A DNA stretch of 64,000 nucleotides, from contig NC_057718.1 of the NCBI RefSeq assembly GCF_004010195.1, positions 103,306,754 through 103,370,753 of the forward strand, given 5' to 3'. The position numbers were made by a program, and so were the translations under genes. Shown piece after piece: positions 51,130 to 63,825 of the stretch. The DNA is from Chiloscyllium plagiosum. Taxonomy: Eukaryota. The notes under the pieces were generated by a model. It saw only the letters and a list, made by a program, of their open reading frames with translations, was not told the DNA's origin and ran no database searches. Position 1 is the stretch's first letter. Each line of letters opens with the position of its first letter.

Positions 51130-51735
51130 CATCCATTTCCAGATCCATAACATCACCTCACGCCCCCTTGTCAAAGCCCATCTGCTGCCGAAATCCTGTG
51201 GCCTTTTACTATTTGATGATCTCCATAAAATTTTTCAGCATCAATAAAATTAAGATCATTCAAAATTCACCAGCCCATATCTTAATTTGCACAGAGTTCC
51301 ATTCACCCACATGTTGCATTCATTGACCTATGCCTGTTCTGGAAATACATTGGTTTGAAAATTCTCATCCTTATTTACAAATCCCTCGGCATCTTTACCC
51401 AAACCAACAAAAGTAGGTCAGTCAGCCATCCCTATCTCTGCAATCTCCTTGAGCCCCATAACCTTCTGCATTATCAGTACTCCTCCAATTCTGACTTCTT
51501 GCACATTCCTGATTTTCATCATCAGCTGTCATGTCGTCAGCTTCCAATTCTTTCACTGCACTCCTCTGCCTCTGTAGCTTTTCTTTCTACTTTTAGGTAT
51601 TTACCTCTTGCATCAAGCTTCTGGTCACCTCTCCTCGTATCTCCCTACGTGGCTCAGTGTCACCCTTCACCTGATCACTGCGCCTGAAAAATATTTCACT
51701 GTCTGGAAAGTACTACACAAATGCAAGTTGTTGTT
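51130..51735 (+). mobile_element. L2 LINE 3' fragment
   Basis: KILILIYKSL...PYLCNLL motif; tail aaatgcaagttgttgtt. Confidence 0.7.
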
Positions 51736-52019
51736 TTCAGATCACTGTATTACAAAAGGTCACCGTTATAACTCAATTAGCTTTAATGCCTGGCAAAGTC
51801 CAGCATTCATAGAGTACACTCCATAGTGCAGACAACAATTATATTGCATTGTGTTATATCAGTAGTCACAATGGCATTTCAGCGTGATTTATCTAAACTA
51901 ACGAGTTTATGGTTTAGTCAGTGCTCATTAGCAACATGCATAGAAACCACAACAGAGCAACAACAAAAATCTGCGCGGTGTTGCAAACATTGTTTTTGAT
52001 GATGTTGTCATACGTGCAG

Positions 52020-52440
52020 TGATGGTGTTATAGTGGTAATGTCATTGAACTAGCAATCTAGGCATAAGTTTAAATCCAACCACAGCAGCTACAGCAAAAT
52101 AGATCATGTGTCAGTAATTGTGCCTATGGAACTACCAATTGATTGTGTAAAATCTCAGAGTCATCTAGGCCCGAAACATTAGCTTACTATCTCTCCATGG
52201 ATGCTGCCCGACCCCACTGTGATTTCCAGCATCTTTTTTTCAGTTCATCTCATTCAGTAATGCCCTTTAGGGAAGGAAATCTACTGTCCTTTCCTAGTCT
52301 GACCTACATGTGACTCCAGAACCACAATGTAACTGACTTTTAACTGCCCTCTTAAATTGCATCGCCACTCAGTTCAAGGGCAATTAAGGATGGGCATCAA
52401 ATGCTGGCCTTACCAACAACACCCACATCTCATTAAGAAA
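52020..52440 (+). mobile_element. SINE family 2 with a nested PLE C-like fragment (about 52157-52245)
   Basis: A-box-like tggtgttatagtgg, B-box-like gtttaaatcc, family body and tail. Confidence 0.7.
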
Positions 52441-53187
52441 GAAAGAAAATACTTTGATATTGTAAACCACATAAATTATTTTACTTGCATTGAAGGCAAT
52501 GGCATTAATGTGAACTGTGTCCACGGTCTTGTCTCTCCATGCAAACACAATAACGGAACAGGAGGACTGCAGGAAGCTCAGTTTATCTCACGCATGTCTG
52601 GGTCCTTAACTTTATAGGCTCTTCATGTATGGAGCAGGCTGTGTATCCCACTGTTCTCTGGTATATATCCTCCACATCAGATAGCCATATAAAGGAATTT
52701 TACAACGCTATCTCCAAGAGATCTTCTGCAAATTTCACTAGTTTCATTGAACACTGAGCAAATATTTCTCTGGCAACAAAGACAGTGTTGTAACTCATCT
52801 GTTCTGACTTTTGTTATCTCTGTGGATATCTGGCCATTACTAACATTTTTTCCACTGATAATGTAGTTTTCTCATCAGTTGAAAAATGCTATGCATTTAC
52901 CTGGGCATGGAGAATAAAAGGATTCTATGTTGTCCAGCCTCACGCTAACTGAAACCACTGTTAATTATATTACTGCATGCATTGTATAGAGCTTAGGGAG
53001 GGATGGAAGGGAGACAAGGGAGGACAGCAAAGAATGTTAGAAAAAGTCACAAACTAGATAAAACTTATTAATTTATTGGGAAAAACAATGTTACAGCAAA
53101 TGAGAAAAATATTTTGATGCAGATAAAAATTATCCTTTCATGATGTCTAAGTTAGCAAAAAAACATTGTGTGGGAGATTTTAAAAAA

Positions 53188-53355
53188 GAGTTAATGTTTC
53201 AAATCCAGCAGTGACCATTCAGAACCTTTCTGAAGAGGGTGATTGGACTTGAAAAGTTAACTCTGCTTTCTCTCCACAGATGCTGTCAGACCTATTGAGT
53301 TTCTCTAGTAGCTCCTGTTTTTGTTTCAAATTTCCAGCATCTGCACTCCTTTATT
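53188..53355. mobile_element. PLE family C fold-back
   Basis: gagttaatgtttcaaatcc / ttCTGAAGAgggtgattggactt-GAAAagttaactctg. Confidence 0.7.
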
Positions 53356-56300
53356 TTAAGAAAAAAAAATCAGTCATTTTTTTTGCCACATCTCGGAAAG
53401 TTTAATGAGTTATCTAAATCTAAATTAATGATCCCAATGTTTGTCATTTATTTGAGCCATTATTATGCATTATTGAAATATTTAGGAGGTTGCTACCTGC
53501 AAATCTATACAAACAACAAAAGAAAATATTAAATAAATTAGAAAGAAATGAAATCCAGTGACATTGATTTGTAATTTATTTTTTGTACACATAAAAGCTT
53601 GTGTCCCTTTAGTAAATGACTAGTTTGATAAATGGAGCTCCCATGTTTTCATGACATTTGTTTATTTAAGTGCAGTGTAGACAGAACATTCAGATCAAGA
53701 TCCAGCAGAAATCTTTTTTTGTGTACATTCTCTCCTACCCAGCACTATCTGTTACCACATTCCTTTTGCCTAATCTTTTCCTCTCACATAAAGTGTCCAG
53801 CTTAATCATTCAGTGTTTGCACTTAAAAAGTTATTGATGGTGGCATATATTATCTTTTCCACCCTCCGTCTTATTTGCATTTACCTGATAAAAACCTGAA
53901 GTGCCCTCTGAGCTGAAGGTAAAATACAACTGTAGCGTAACCTGAGTTAACTGATTTGGTCAAAAAAAAGTGAAAGAATTCTTTTCCTCAGCCAACATTT
54001 TGCTATTATTCATTAACGCTCAGACAAGATTAGCTCCCAGAACTGAAAGACAAAATATGAACAGTGAATGTCTGTTGTCAAAGCTTGACAAGTTGTTGCA
54101 ATATTTGTGGGCTGCTTGTAAAAGTTAAAATCAAGAGCCATATTTCACACATTAGAAAATAACATTTGCAGCAGCTTTAGCTTCCTGACTGTTTGTTTCT
54201 ATCCTTCTGTTTAAAATTACAAGATAAAATATTAAATGCACAGCTTTTATTTAGTATGTCCAATCTTTTTGGTATTCAATTGCTTTTATGTGCTTTGCCC
54301 AGAGGACTGAACTGTCACATACCATTTATTGCAACATAAAGGACCTTCGCAAAATCATTTGAGATGATAATTTATGTGTTTATGATAATCATGGAAACAG
54401 ATATATTGCATTATCAGATAAATCTGCCGTCCCTGAAAGGCACCGTCATTGTGAGACACTAAACTGAATTGTTCTCACTGAAGTTCACCCCGTAATCTCA
54501 TGCTTCATATTAGACACAGATATGGGGAGTCCTATTTCTGTCTTCACCTTTTCTCTTGCATCAGAACTTACTGTCAGGTGCTCTTCCAGGATATACTTGG
54601 ATCAATGAGGGTCTGAACATAAGTGGCTATTGTTAGTTTGAAACACGATCTTTCAGTACAAGAGATTGAGGAGGGAAAAGGATGGTTGTGCTTTTTTGAC
54701 ATTCCCTGGAACTGTTGCTATTACTACAGAGAGCAGGTGGAGGCTGGTAAGCTCTCACAGGATGCCTCATTAAAGGCTAACACAGTGACTATTATTGGAT
54801 CAGATCTCATCAGGTGGAGAGGAGCTGAGCTGGCCTAGCATGTGCTGACACCTGAGGCAGACTTGTCTGCTCTGACCTTGGTAATCAGCTGCCAAGTTCA
54901 TCCTTATTATTCCTTTTGTTGGTTCCAGCAGATCTCTGCGTTCAAAGAAATTGGGAGGGGGAGGGAGGCGGATTGTTTAAGGAGATAGAAACAGAGAGAC
55001 AAAAATTGTTAAACGGGTATGCTTCCCCTCCTCCAACTAAATTGTTCATTTCAGAATGCTGCCACACCTGGACCCTGCTCCAGACCAGGTGAGGGATCTC
55101 AATCCCATGGCATATAAATACTGGCTTTCCCTTATTCTTGCAAAATGTCCTGATGAATGCAAGATGAACAATTTGACAAAGTGTGCATTTGTTCCCCCCA
55201 CCCCTCGCCCCAGAAAGATCTTCATCAATGAATACATTTTTTGATGTCCAACAAGAGTTCAGGAATAAAAATGCAACAGTCCATATAAACACTGGTTTAA
55301 AGAAGGTTGCTTTATGATTTCAGTAACAGATTATTTTAAAAGTACATAACATGATCAAAACGGATAAAATTACATTTGGAAATGACCAATTAATTGCTTA
55401 AAATTAGCATCTGCATTAATACCAGGAAACTAAATAAAGAACAATTATTATTCTTACTAGCCCATTTTAAATTAATCACACAAATATTTTATTTTTTAAA
55501 TCGTAAAATTATTTAAGATTTTAGAACTATCAATGAAGCGTTTTATGGTATTGTTTAAACAATATCTGACAGTTTAATGGTTAATTCAAACCCTCACCAA
55601 CTTTACCTTGATGGAAGGGTTAATAATAGATTGCCTCATTTAAAATAAAGGAGACAAGAGACAAGAAACCAGGCAGCTAAATGAGAGTCGCTCTTAATAT
55701 TGGGACGTTACTGGACATTTCACTACTTGTCAACACCCAGTGGGCAGGGACAAGTGTAATTGCTTGGTGAGTTTGAGAAGGGGGAAAGAGGGAGCGTTTC
55801 TGGTCTTCACCCCCGCCCGCCAGCCACTTTACACATGAGTGTGCAGACAATAATTAAACTGAATGCATCGCGGAAACTTCACCCCTTGCCATATGTAGCC
55901 CGGTACAGCTCCATTTAGACCAGTTACTGCAAGAATTGCTTGTCACATTTTACTCACCATGTTTGACAACGACAGCTCAGACGTGTCATTTCAGTGAGTG
56001 TAACTGTAGCTGCCCCTCACGGAGACAGAGAGACACAATTTCTAGGCACCAGGGGGTGAAGAGAGCTGAAAGCGGCTCAATTAATGAGAAAATTTTTCAA
56101 CCAACCTTACGCATCTCTCTTTGCTCTTTTTTAAAACCCCGTTAACTTCGTTTCAAAACGTGGATATTTTTTCCTTGTTTATTTTTTTTCCGGGTTGTAT
56201 TTATTATTTAAAAACTAGAACCGTCACACAAAAGCTGAATTGATGTTTGTTGTAAATTCAGTTTGAGAATGGGTGACCTTTGCAGTTTCTGTGTTGACTC

Positions 56301-58097
56301 AGACAGTTCGCCAGTAGGGGGATGGACATCTGCTGTTCCACAGTAAACACGCCAAAAATAAAATCCCTGCAACCCACAAACTGGGCTTTGCAAAAACAAA
56401 AAATAAATTTCGGATTTAATTATGCTGCACGTGTTTCCCGGTTCTTTCTGCATTGCTCGCCCCCGAAGATTAGCTGTTCTTTCATTAATCCGTGTGTGTG
56501 TGTGTGTGTAAAACACAAATCCTTTGCTGAGTCGTTTTCTTCCCCAAATTATCCTCTTCCTCCCATCCCGCGACTTCCCGGTTCCACATTTGTCTGTGTT
56601 TCTAATAAATAAAACTTTAAATCCAGCGAATGCAGTCAGGCAGCGTTTGCAATTAATGACTTAGAGCGATTTAGCACCGGGCGGAAACAGATTCTGATAA
56701 ACGATTGCGATGCTGTCTGTAAATCGAAGCGAAAATCTAATTTCACGAATATCGGCTCCGTTCTACAAATGGGGACAACAGCCGAGCAATAGAACAGAGG
56801 GAAACAACTCCGGATTTATATTGTTATCGAGTTTGTTGAAGTCTCCCCCAACCCTCTGTTGTTCTCCCGGGGGGAAAGCGGTGTGTTATTTCAGGTTAGA
56901 TTTGATTTTCTACGCTGTTAGCCCCCAGCTGTCTGACGGCGCTAACCTGGAATTATTACAACAATAATTTTATTTTTGGCAGTTTGAAACGGGCTTGGCT
57001 TGCGAGGGAAATTCACACCCGTGCTCCCGACTTTACTGTGAAACCGCGGTGAGAACGAACACGCAGCGGATGAATGAATTCTCCAGCTCGTTCCCTTAAA
57101 ACACACACAGACACCTTTCCCCCTTCGGTCTGAGCATAACCAAAACAATAACTGCTTCAAAACCTTTGGAAATTCGGACAATCAGTTTGCAAATAACAAC
57201 AAAAATAACGCGATAGATTTTCCTGAAAATAACAATAGTTATTAATCTCTGTAGAATCCCTCCTTAATTTCGTTCCTAACTTTCCGGCTGGTCAAAGTTT
57301 TGATTTGAATTTCGTTTCATGCCCAGGATTTCTGTTTGTCCCCGCCACTTCTTGGCATTTTTTCGAACAGTCGTTTAAGGAAATTTGTTGAGAGTCAATC
57401 CATTTGAATTGTGTTGATGGCTAATTCCCACCCCACACCCTCGCTCTCCCCCCCCAACAGGGGTAAAGGGATAATTTGGAAGCGTTTTTTAGTTGAGGCG
57501 TCACACCGACAAGTCTGAACCGGTCGGTATCGGTTAAAGCGGGGGTTTAAAAATCACCAGGCGCTGATTTCGATTGATTAAGTACCCGCACTCAGAAATG
57601 CTGGCGGTTTGAGACGGCCGCTGTGTAAGGTTTGGACCCCGGCTATTTTGTCTGTTCAGAGGCAGGGAGTTGAACTTTCCAGGTACGGGGTAAGGGAGTG
57701 GTTTCGAGCTGCTGCAGGGCCATTTACTACGAGGGAAAGTTCTCAATCAAAGTCCATTTTTCTCTGAAAGGTGCCCCCCTCCCTACCTCCTCCCTGGCGC
57801 TGGGATAGAAACGCCGAGGGTCACCTATACAAACCGCAGAGAGACAGGACCAGGCAGGAACTCAGAGATTCAAAACTGCGGACCAGGGGGATTGTGTTTT
57901 AATAATTGCCCCCACACGCACGCTAATACCCCTCAACCCTAAAACAAAACCCTCACGGGATACATTTAGAAATTTGTTCCAACGAAATTACCTCTCAAGG
58001 AGAATAAATGATTCTAATATTTATTGGTCAGCCTGTTTTGGAGGAATATTCATAAAAGGGAAAAGTAAAGGCATTTACAGATTCATCGTTTCATCGC

Positions 58098-58330
58098 TTC
58101 TGTGTGTCTGAGTGTGTTTGTCTGTGAAATGTGTCTGTGTGTGTCTGAGTGTGTCTGTGTGTGTTTGTCTGTGAAATGTGTCTGTGTGTGTCTGAATGTG
58201 TGTCCGTGTGGGAGAGTTGGTGAATGTGTCTGTGTGTGTATCTGAGTGTGTCTGTGGGTCAGCATGTCTGTGTGTGCCGGTGTGTGTATGAGTGTGTCTG
58301 TGGGTCGGCGTGTGTCCGTGTGTATGTGTG
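58098..58330. repeat. Degenerate (TG)n microsatellite
   Basis: Directly visible. Confidence 0.9.
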
Positions 58331-59506
58331 TTAAATCCTGTACCGCCACCAAATCCCGTTTCTGTCCCCTCTCCTCTTCCCCCATCCCAGGTTGGAGAAA
58401 TAACCCAGTTAGAATGTAGATAACTCCTCTCAGTCCTGAGATACAAAATCAAACCCACCCATTGGATTGGATCGCGGGTTATTGAATCGTTTCAAGCAGA
58501 AATTAGATAGGAGTTGTTGGGGGGTGAAATGGGATTATAGTTGCTATTTTTTTCTCTCTGTTAGGAGGACAGTATTATTTACAGTTTGGTTCGTTTCTAA
58601 AGCGAGCAGCTTTCGGTATTAAAAACAAAGCAGCCCACATTTCAAAATAAAATCCCGAGCAAGGTAATAGAGAGGTCCATTAAAAATTCAACATGAATTA
58701 GACATGGTCCTGGCGGAGTTTATTAACCCGGACTAGCACCCAACACTTTATTGCACGTTCTGTATAAATTCGTAAAGAAGGTGAAGTGGGGGAAGGCACA
58801 GAGTTAGAAGACGCCAGCCTGTCGCACATAGAAAATCTTCCCGTTCCTTTTCGTTTAAGAGTTACGCTGAGGATTGAAACACAGAGAGAAGGATAAATTA
58901 ACTGGACCTTTCTCAGTGAGCTGTCCAGAATGGGGCGAGCTAACTGTCTCCTCGATCCCGACACTGTAAATGTTTCAAACCCCCGGATGGGGAACCCGAG
59001 TCATTTAAAATGCCTTTTAAAGTGCCCCATTAAGTTTGGAAATGTTTTCTGTTAACCGCTCCATTACCCTGAGAAACCTGTGCCTTTTCTCTTGTTTTTC
59101 CGTGCATTGGATTTTTCTCAAAGTCTTGGCGGATGTTTGATGGCCAGGGGCCTGCGGTGTCTGATAGTGACCAGTTAGGGACAGTGTTCAGGGGGAGAGG
59201 TGGTTTGGTTGGGGGGGGGGGGGTGGTGGGTCACTCACCGTGTTNNNNNNCCCTCCCCAGTCCCCCCCCCCCCCCCACTTCTTGTTGGAAGTTAACCTGT
59301 CCATGCCCCCTCGTTGCTGGGATCCTCCTGAGCTCACTAATCCGAAGCTGGTGCGGAGATGTTTTGGGGATTTTCCTCTCGGCCTCATTGATTGGGTACA
59401 CTTCCCCTCCCAGACCTGGCTACCATCGATCCTGCTCTCCACTTTCCTTCGGAGATAACCCAATTACAAACATCAATAAGAAGCTGACCGAGAATCATTA
59501 TCCTCC

Positions 59507-59522
59507 TGACAGTGATAGATGA
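59507..59522 (+). promoter_or_regulatory. Abutting Meis/Prep (TGACAG) and Pbx-Hox (TGATAGATGA) sites
   Basis: TGACAG 59507-59512 immediately followed by a TGATNNATKR match at 59513-59522. Confidence 0.45.
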
Positions 59523-59709
59523 CCGACCAGAAATAGGCTCTTTCTCTCCCTCTCTCTCTCTCAACAAGCTGGGAGCCCGGGGGTTTGGGGCCGGACTGAC
59601 TTATCACCAGGGAAACCGGTCACATCCAACGCAAAGGCAGCGCGATGAGAATATTAACATCATTTCCTTCTCCTTCTAGCCACAGTTTGACTTGAAAACA
59701 CAATCCTAT

Positions 59710-61020
59710 ACACTCTCACACACTCAAACACACACACACAAACACACACTCAAACATACATACAAACACCACACACNNNNNNNNNNNNNNNNNNNNNNNN
59801 NNNNNNNNNNNNNNNNNNNNNNNNNNNNNNNNNNNNNNNNNNNNNNNNNNNNNNNNNNNNNNNNNNNNNNNNNNNNNNNNNNNNNNNNNNNNNNNNNNNN
59901 NNNNNNNNNNNNNNNNNNNNNNNNNNNNNNNNNNNNNNNNNNNNNNNNNNNNNNNNNNNNNNNNNNNNNNNNNNNNNNNNNNNNNNNNNNNNNNNNNNNN
60001 NNNNNNNNNNNNNNNNNNNNNNNNNNNNNNNNNNNNNNNNNNNNNNNNNNNNNNNNNNNNNNNNNNNNNNNNNNNNNNNNNNNNNNNNNNNNNNNNNNNN
60101 NNNNNNNNNNNNNNNNNNNNNNNNNNNNNNNNNNNNNNNNNNNNNNNNNNNNNNNNNNNNNNNNNNNNNNNNNNNNNNNNNNNNGACACACACACACACA
60201 CAGCGAGACACACACACACACTCAAACACACACATTCAAACACATACTCAAACACCACTCTCAAACACACACACACTCAAACACCACTTTCACACACAGT
60301 CAAACACATGCACACTCAAACACTACTCTGAGACACATACTCTTGAACACACACACATTCAAATACACACACTCAAACACACACAATCAGACATACAGTT
60401 GAAAAATGTGGTGCTGGAAAAACACAGCAGGCCAGGCAGCATCCGAGGAGCAGGAGAATCGATGTTTCAGGCATAAGCCCTTCTTCAGGAATCAGGGCTT
60501 ATGCCCGAAACGTCGTTTCTCCTGCTCCTCAGATGCTACCTGGCCTGCTGTGTTTTTCCAGCACCACATTTTTCAACTCTGGTCTCCAGCATCTGCAGTC
60601 CTCACTTTCTCCTACAATCACACATACACTCAAACACACACTGTCAAACACATTTTCAAACACATTCATATATACACTCTCAAACATACACTTTCAGGCA
60701 CACCCTCTCAAACATACACACATGCATCCACTGTCTCACACAGCCACACTCACATCTATACATTCACACACACTCTCTCTTTTAGACATATACACATCTG
60801 TACACTCTTACACAGATTCACACCTGTACACACATGCACTGTCACAGACCGTGACACATAGATACACACATTCCCTTACACACACTCATCACATGCATGT
60901 ACTCATACACACACACATACTCACACACAAAAATACACACCCTCAAATACATACACAAACACACACTGTCAAACACATACTGTGAAATGTATAGAAAAAC
61001 ACTCGCTCTCACACACTCAC
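59710..61020. repeat. Long degenerate (CA)n tract with an N gap
   Basis: Directly visible. Confidence 0.9.
60397..60613. mobile_element. PLE family A fold-back inserted in the CA tract
   Basis: TSD acaatca(g/c)acatac (60383 / 60614); inverted arms; fixed end ctcactttctcct. Confidence 0.85.
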
Positions 61021-61264
61021 CCCCCCCGCCCCCCAGACTCCACACAGAGAGCAAACAGACCCCTCATACACGCCCAGATCCTGATGAAAACTCCTCCCAT
61101 TGTCGTGATGCTTTATTAGTCTCCCAACATAAAAGCAGTACCGAAAATTTCCAAACTGGCCCAAATAATAGTTCAGAAGCTGAGGAAAAGACAGAGGGAA
61201 TGGTGCTGGGAATATTCACAGGAAGCAGTCCTCCAACTTCCCAAGAGATGGCAGTCAAACCAGC

Positions 61265-62185
61265 AGAGAGGGATGAGAGGGGGAGAGAGAGAAAGGGAGA
61301 GAGAGAAAAAGACAGGGAGAGGGAAAGAGACANNNNNNNNNNNNNNNNNNNNNNNNNNNNNNNNNNNNNNNNNNNNNNNNNNNNNNNNNNNNNNNNNNNN
61401 NNNNNNNNNNNNNNNNNNNNNNNNNNNNNNNNNNNNNNNNNNNNNNNNNNNNNNNNNNNNNNNNNNNNNNNNNNNNNNNNNNNNNNNNNNNNNNNNNNNN
61501 NNNNNNNNNNNNNNNNNNNNNNNNNNNNNNNNNNNNNNNNNNNNNNNNNNNNNNNNNNNNNNNNNNNNNNNNNNNNNNNNNNNNNNNNNNNNNNNNNNNN
61601 NNNNNNNNNNNNNNNNNNNNNNNNNNNNNNNNNNNNNNNNNNNNNNNNNNNNNNNNNNNNNNNNNNNNNNNNNNNNNNNNNNNNNNNNNNNNNNNNNNNN
61701 NNNNNNNNNNNNNNNNNNNNNNNNNNNNNNNNNNNNNNNNNNNNNNNNNNNNNNNNNNNNNNNNNNNNNNNNNNNNNNNNNNNNNNNNNNNNNNNNNNNN
61801 NNNNNNNNNNNNNNNNNNNNNNNNNNNNNNNNNNNNNNNNNNNNNNNNNNNNNNNNNNNNNNNNNNNNNNNNNNNNNNNNNNNNNNNNNNNNNNNNNNNN
61901 NNNNNNNNNNNNNNNNNTAGACCGAGAGAGAGGGAAAGAGAAGTTAGAGAGAGAGAGAGAGAAAGACAAAGAGAGACAGAGAGAGGGACGAAAGAGTGCA
62001 AGAGAGACAGAGAAAGACAGTAAGAAAGAACAGATAGAGGGAGAAACAGAGAGAGAGATAGACAAAGATAGACAGAGAGAGAGAGGGAGACAGAGGCAGA
62101 GTGCAAAAGAGATAGAGAGAGAGTGAGAAAGAACAGAAAGAGCCAGAAGGGGAGGGAGACAGAGAGAGAGACAGAGAGAAAGAGT
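61265..62185. repeat. (GA)n-rich tract with an N gap
   Basis: Directly visible. Confidence 0.9.
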
Positions 62186-62989
62186 GAGTAGGTTTTGTTT
62201 GCTTGCTCCGGAGAGGAATTTTGAGTGAAGGGGGTAGGGGTACACAAGAACGCAGCCATTTGCAGGGGCTCCCATTCACATAAGCAATACATCTCCCCTG
62301 GGGGAGAGCTCTTGGGAGGAGAAAGGGGACGTGAGAGTGGGGGGGGTTGGAAGTGCCTCGGAACTTGTCCCTCCCTCCCCGAAGCATAGAGTCACTTAAA
62401 GAGGGGAGAGGGTGGGGAAACAGGCTTTGAGTTGGTAACAGGGAAATGTGGGGGTAGAATTTAGGGTTAGTGAGCGTGGGGGTGGGGGTGGGGAGCGATG
62501 GTGATCTGTAGCTAGGAAATGCTAGGTGGCCTCAAGGAAAGGGCATCAGTCCCAGCAAAATGTACTTAACGTGGTCCATTCAGAGAATGCAATAAGGCGT
62601 GACTGGGAACTAATCTCTGTATTTAAATGTTTGACTCAAAATTATCTGAATGAATTTTAATGGGAAAAGGAGAGATCGGTTTTCCACTGGATTCATGATA
62701 GTCTGTATCCATCCTGTTTGGGAAGGGGGGGAGAAACAGTTCTGGCACTAACAATTTTATTTAAAAAAGACAAAATGGTTTGCTTTACATTTTGAGCAGT
62801 GCTAGTTTGAGAGCTACACTCCTTGCTGAGTGGGCTGTGATCACTATCATTCAGTTACAGGGCTCCTGATCTCTCCATTGAACCAGTCCAGCCTTTTGCT
62901 GCAACACCTTGCATTTTACAAAACTAAACTGAAACAGAAAACACGAAAGAGTCACAGCAGACATGAAGCTGTACAGATGTCACATTAAA

Positions 62990-63805
62990 GGAAATGTTCC
63001 ACAAGAGATCAGTGTTGAGTCCACTGTTGTTTGTCATTTCTATAAATGGTTTGGATGAGAATATAGGAGGCGTGGTTAGTAAGTTCATGGTACTTACACA
63101 GGACTTACACAGTTCATAGTAGGGCTTTGCGAGCATTGGTGAACAGAGAGACCTAGGGGTGCAGGTACATAGTTCCTTGAAAGTGGAATTGTCGGTAGAC
63201 AGGGTTGTGAAGGAGGTGTTTGGTATGCTTGCTTTCATTGGTCAGAGCACTGAGTCTGGCAGTAAGGAGGTTAGCTGTCCAGGACATTGGTGATACTACT
63301 TTTAGAATAACGCATTCAGTTCAAGTCTCCCTGCTATTATTACATTGGAAAGATTGCAGAAAAGATGGAAAAGGATGTTGCCAGGATTGGTTGTGAGGAG
63401 AGGTTGGATAGGCTGGGATCCGTGGATCACATGAAGTTGAGGGGTGATCTGATAGAGGTTTATAAAATCATGAGTGTCATGGAAAAGGTGAATAGTGAGG
63501 GTCTTTTCCCAGGAGTCGGAGAATTTAAAACTAGAGGGCATAGTTCTAAGGCGAGAGGGGAAAGGTTTAAAAGGGATGTGAGGGCAACCTTTTCACACAG
63601 AGGATGGTGCATATGTGGAATGAGCTGCCAGAGGAAGTGGTAGGTGAAGGTACAGTTATACATTTGAAAGACATTTGGACAGGTAAATGCATAGGAAAGG
63701 TTTCAAGGGCTATAGGTTAAATGCAGGCAAATGGAACTAGTTTAGTTTGGGAAACCTGGTCAGCATGGACAAGTTGGACCGAAGGGTCTGTTTCCGTACT
63801 GGCTG
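62990..63805 (+). mobile_element. CR1/HER1-like LINE 3' fragment
   Basis: KLRGDLIEVYKIM...FKTRGHS.K.RGERFKRD; tail ggaccgaagggtctgtttcc. Confidence 0.9.
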
Positions 63806-63825
63806 ACTGTTTGAAACGTGTGTAT

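Larger units (their letters stand above)
55750..59700. promoter_or_regulatory. CpG-enriched, transposon-free putative regulatory block
   Basis: Visibly more CpG than the rest of the window, no interspersed repeats recognised, clustered homeodomain-type motifs; not quantified. Confidence 0.5.

Noticed and set aside
59692..62387. Long ORFs of 150-409 aa
   Set aside because: Made of N gaps and CA/GA microsatellite translation
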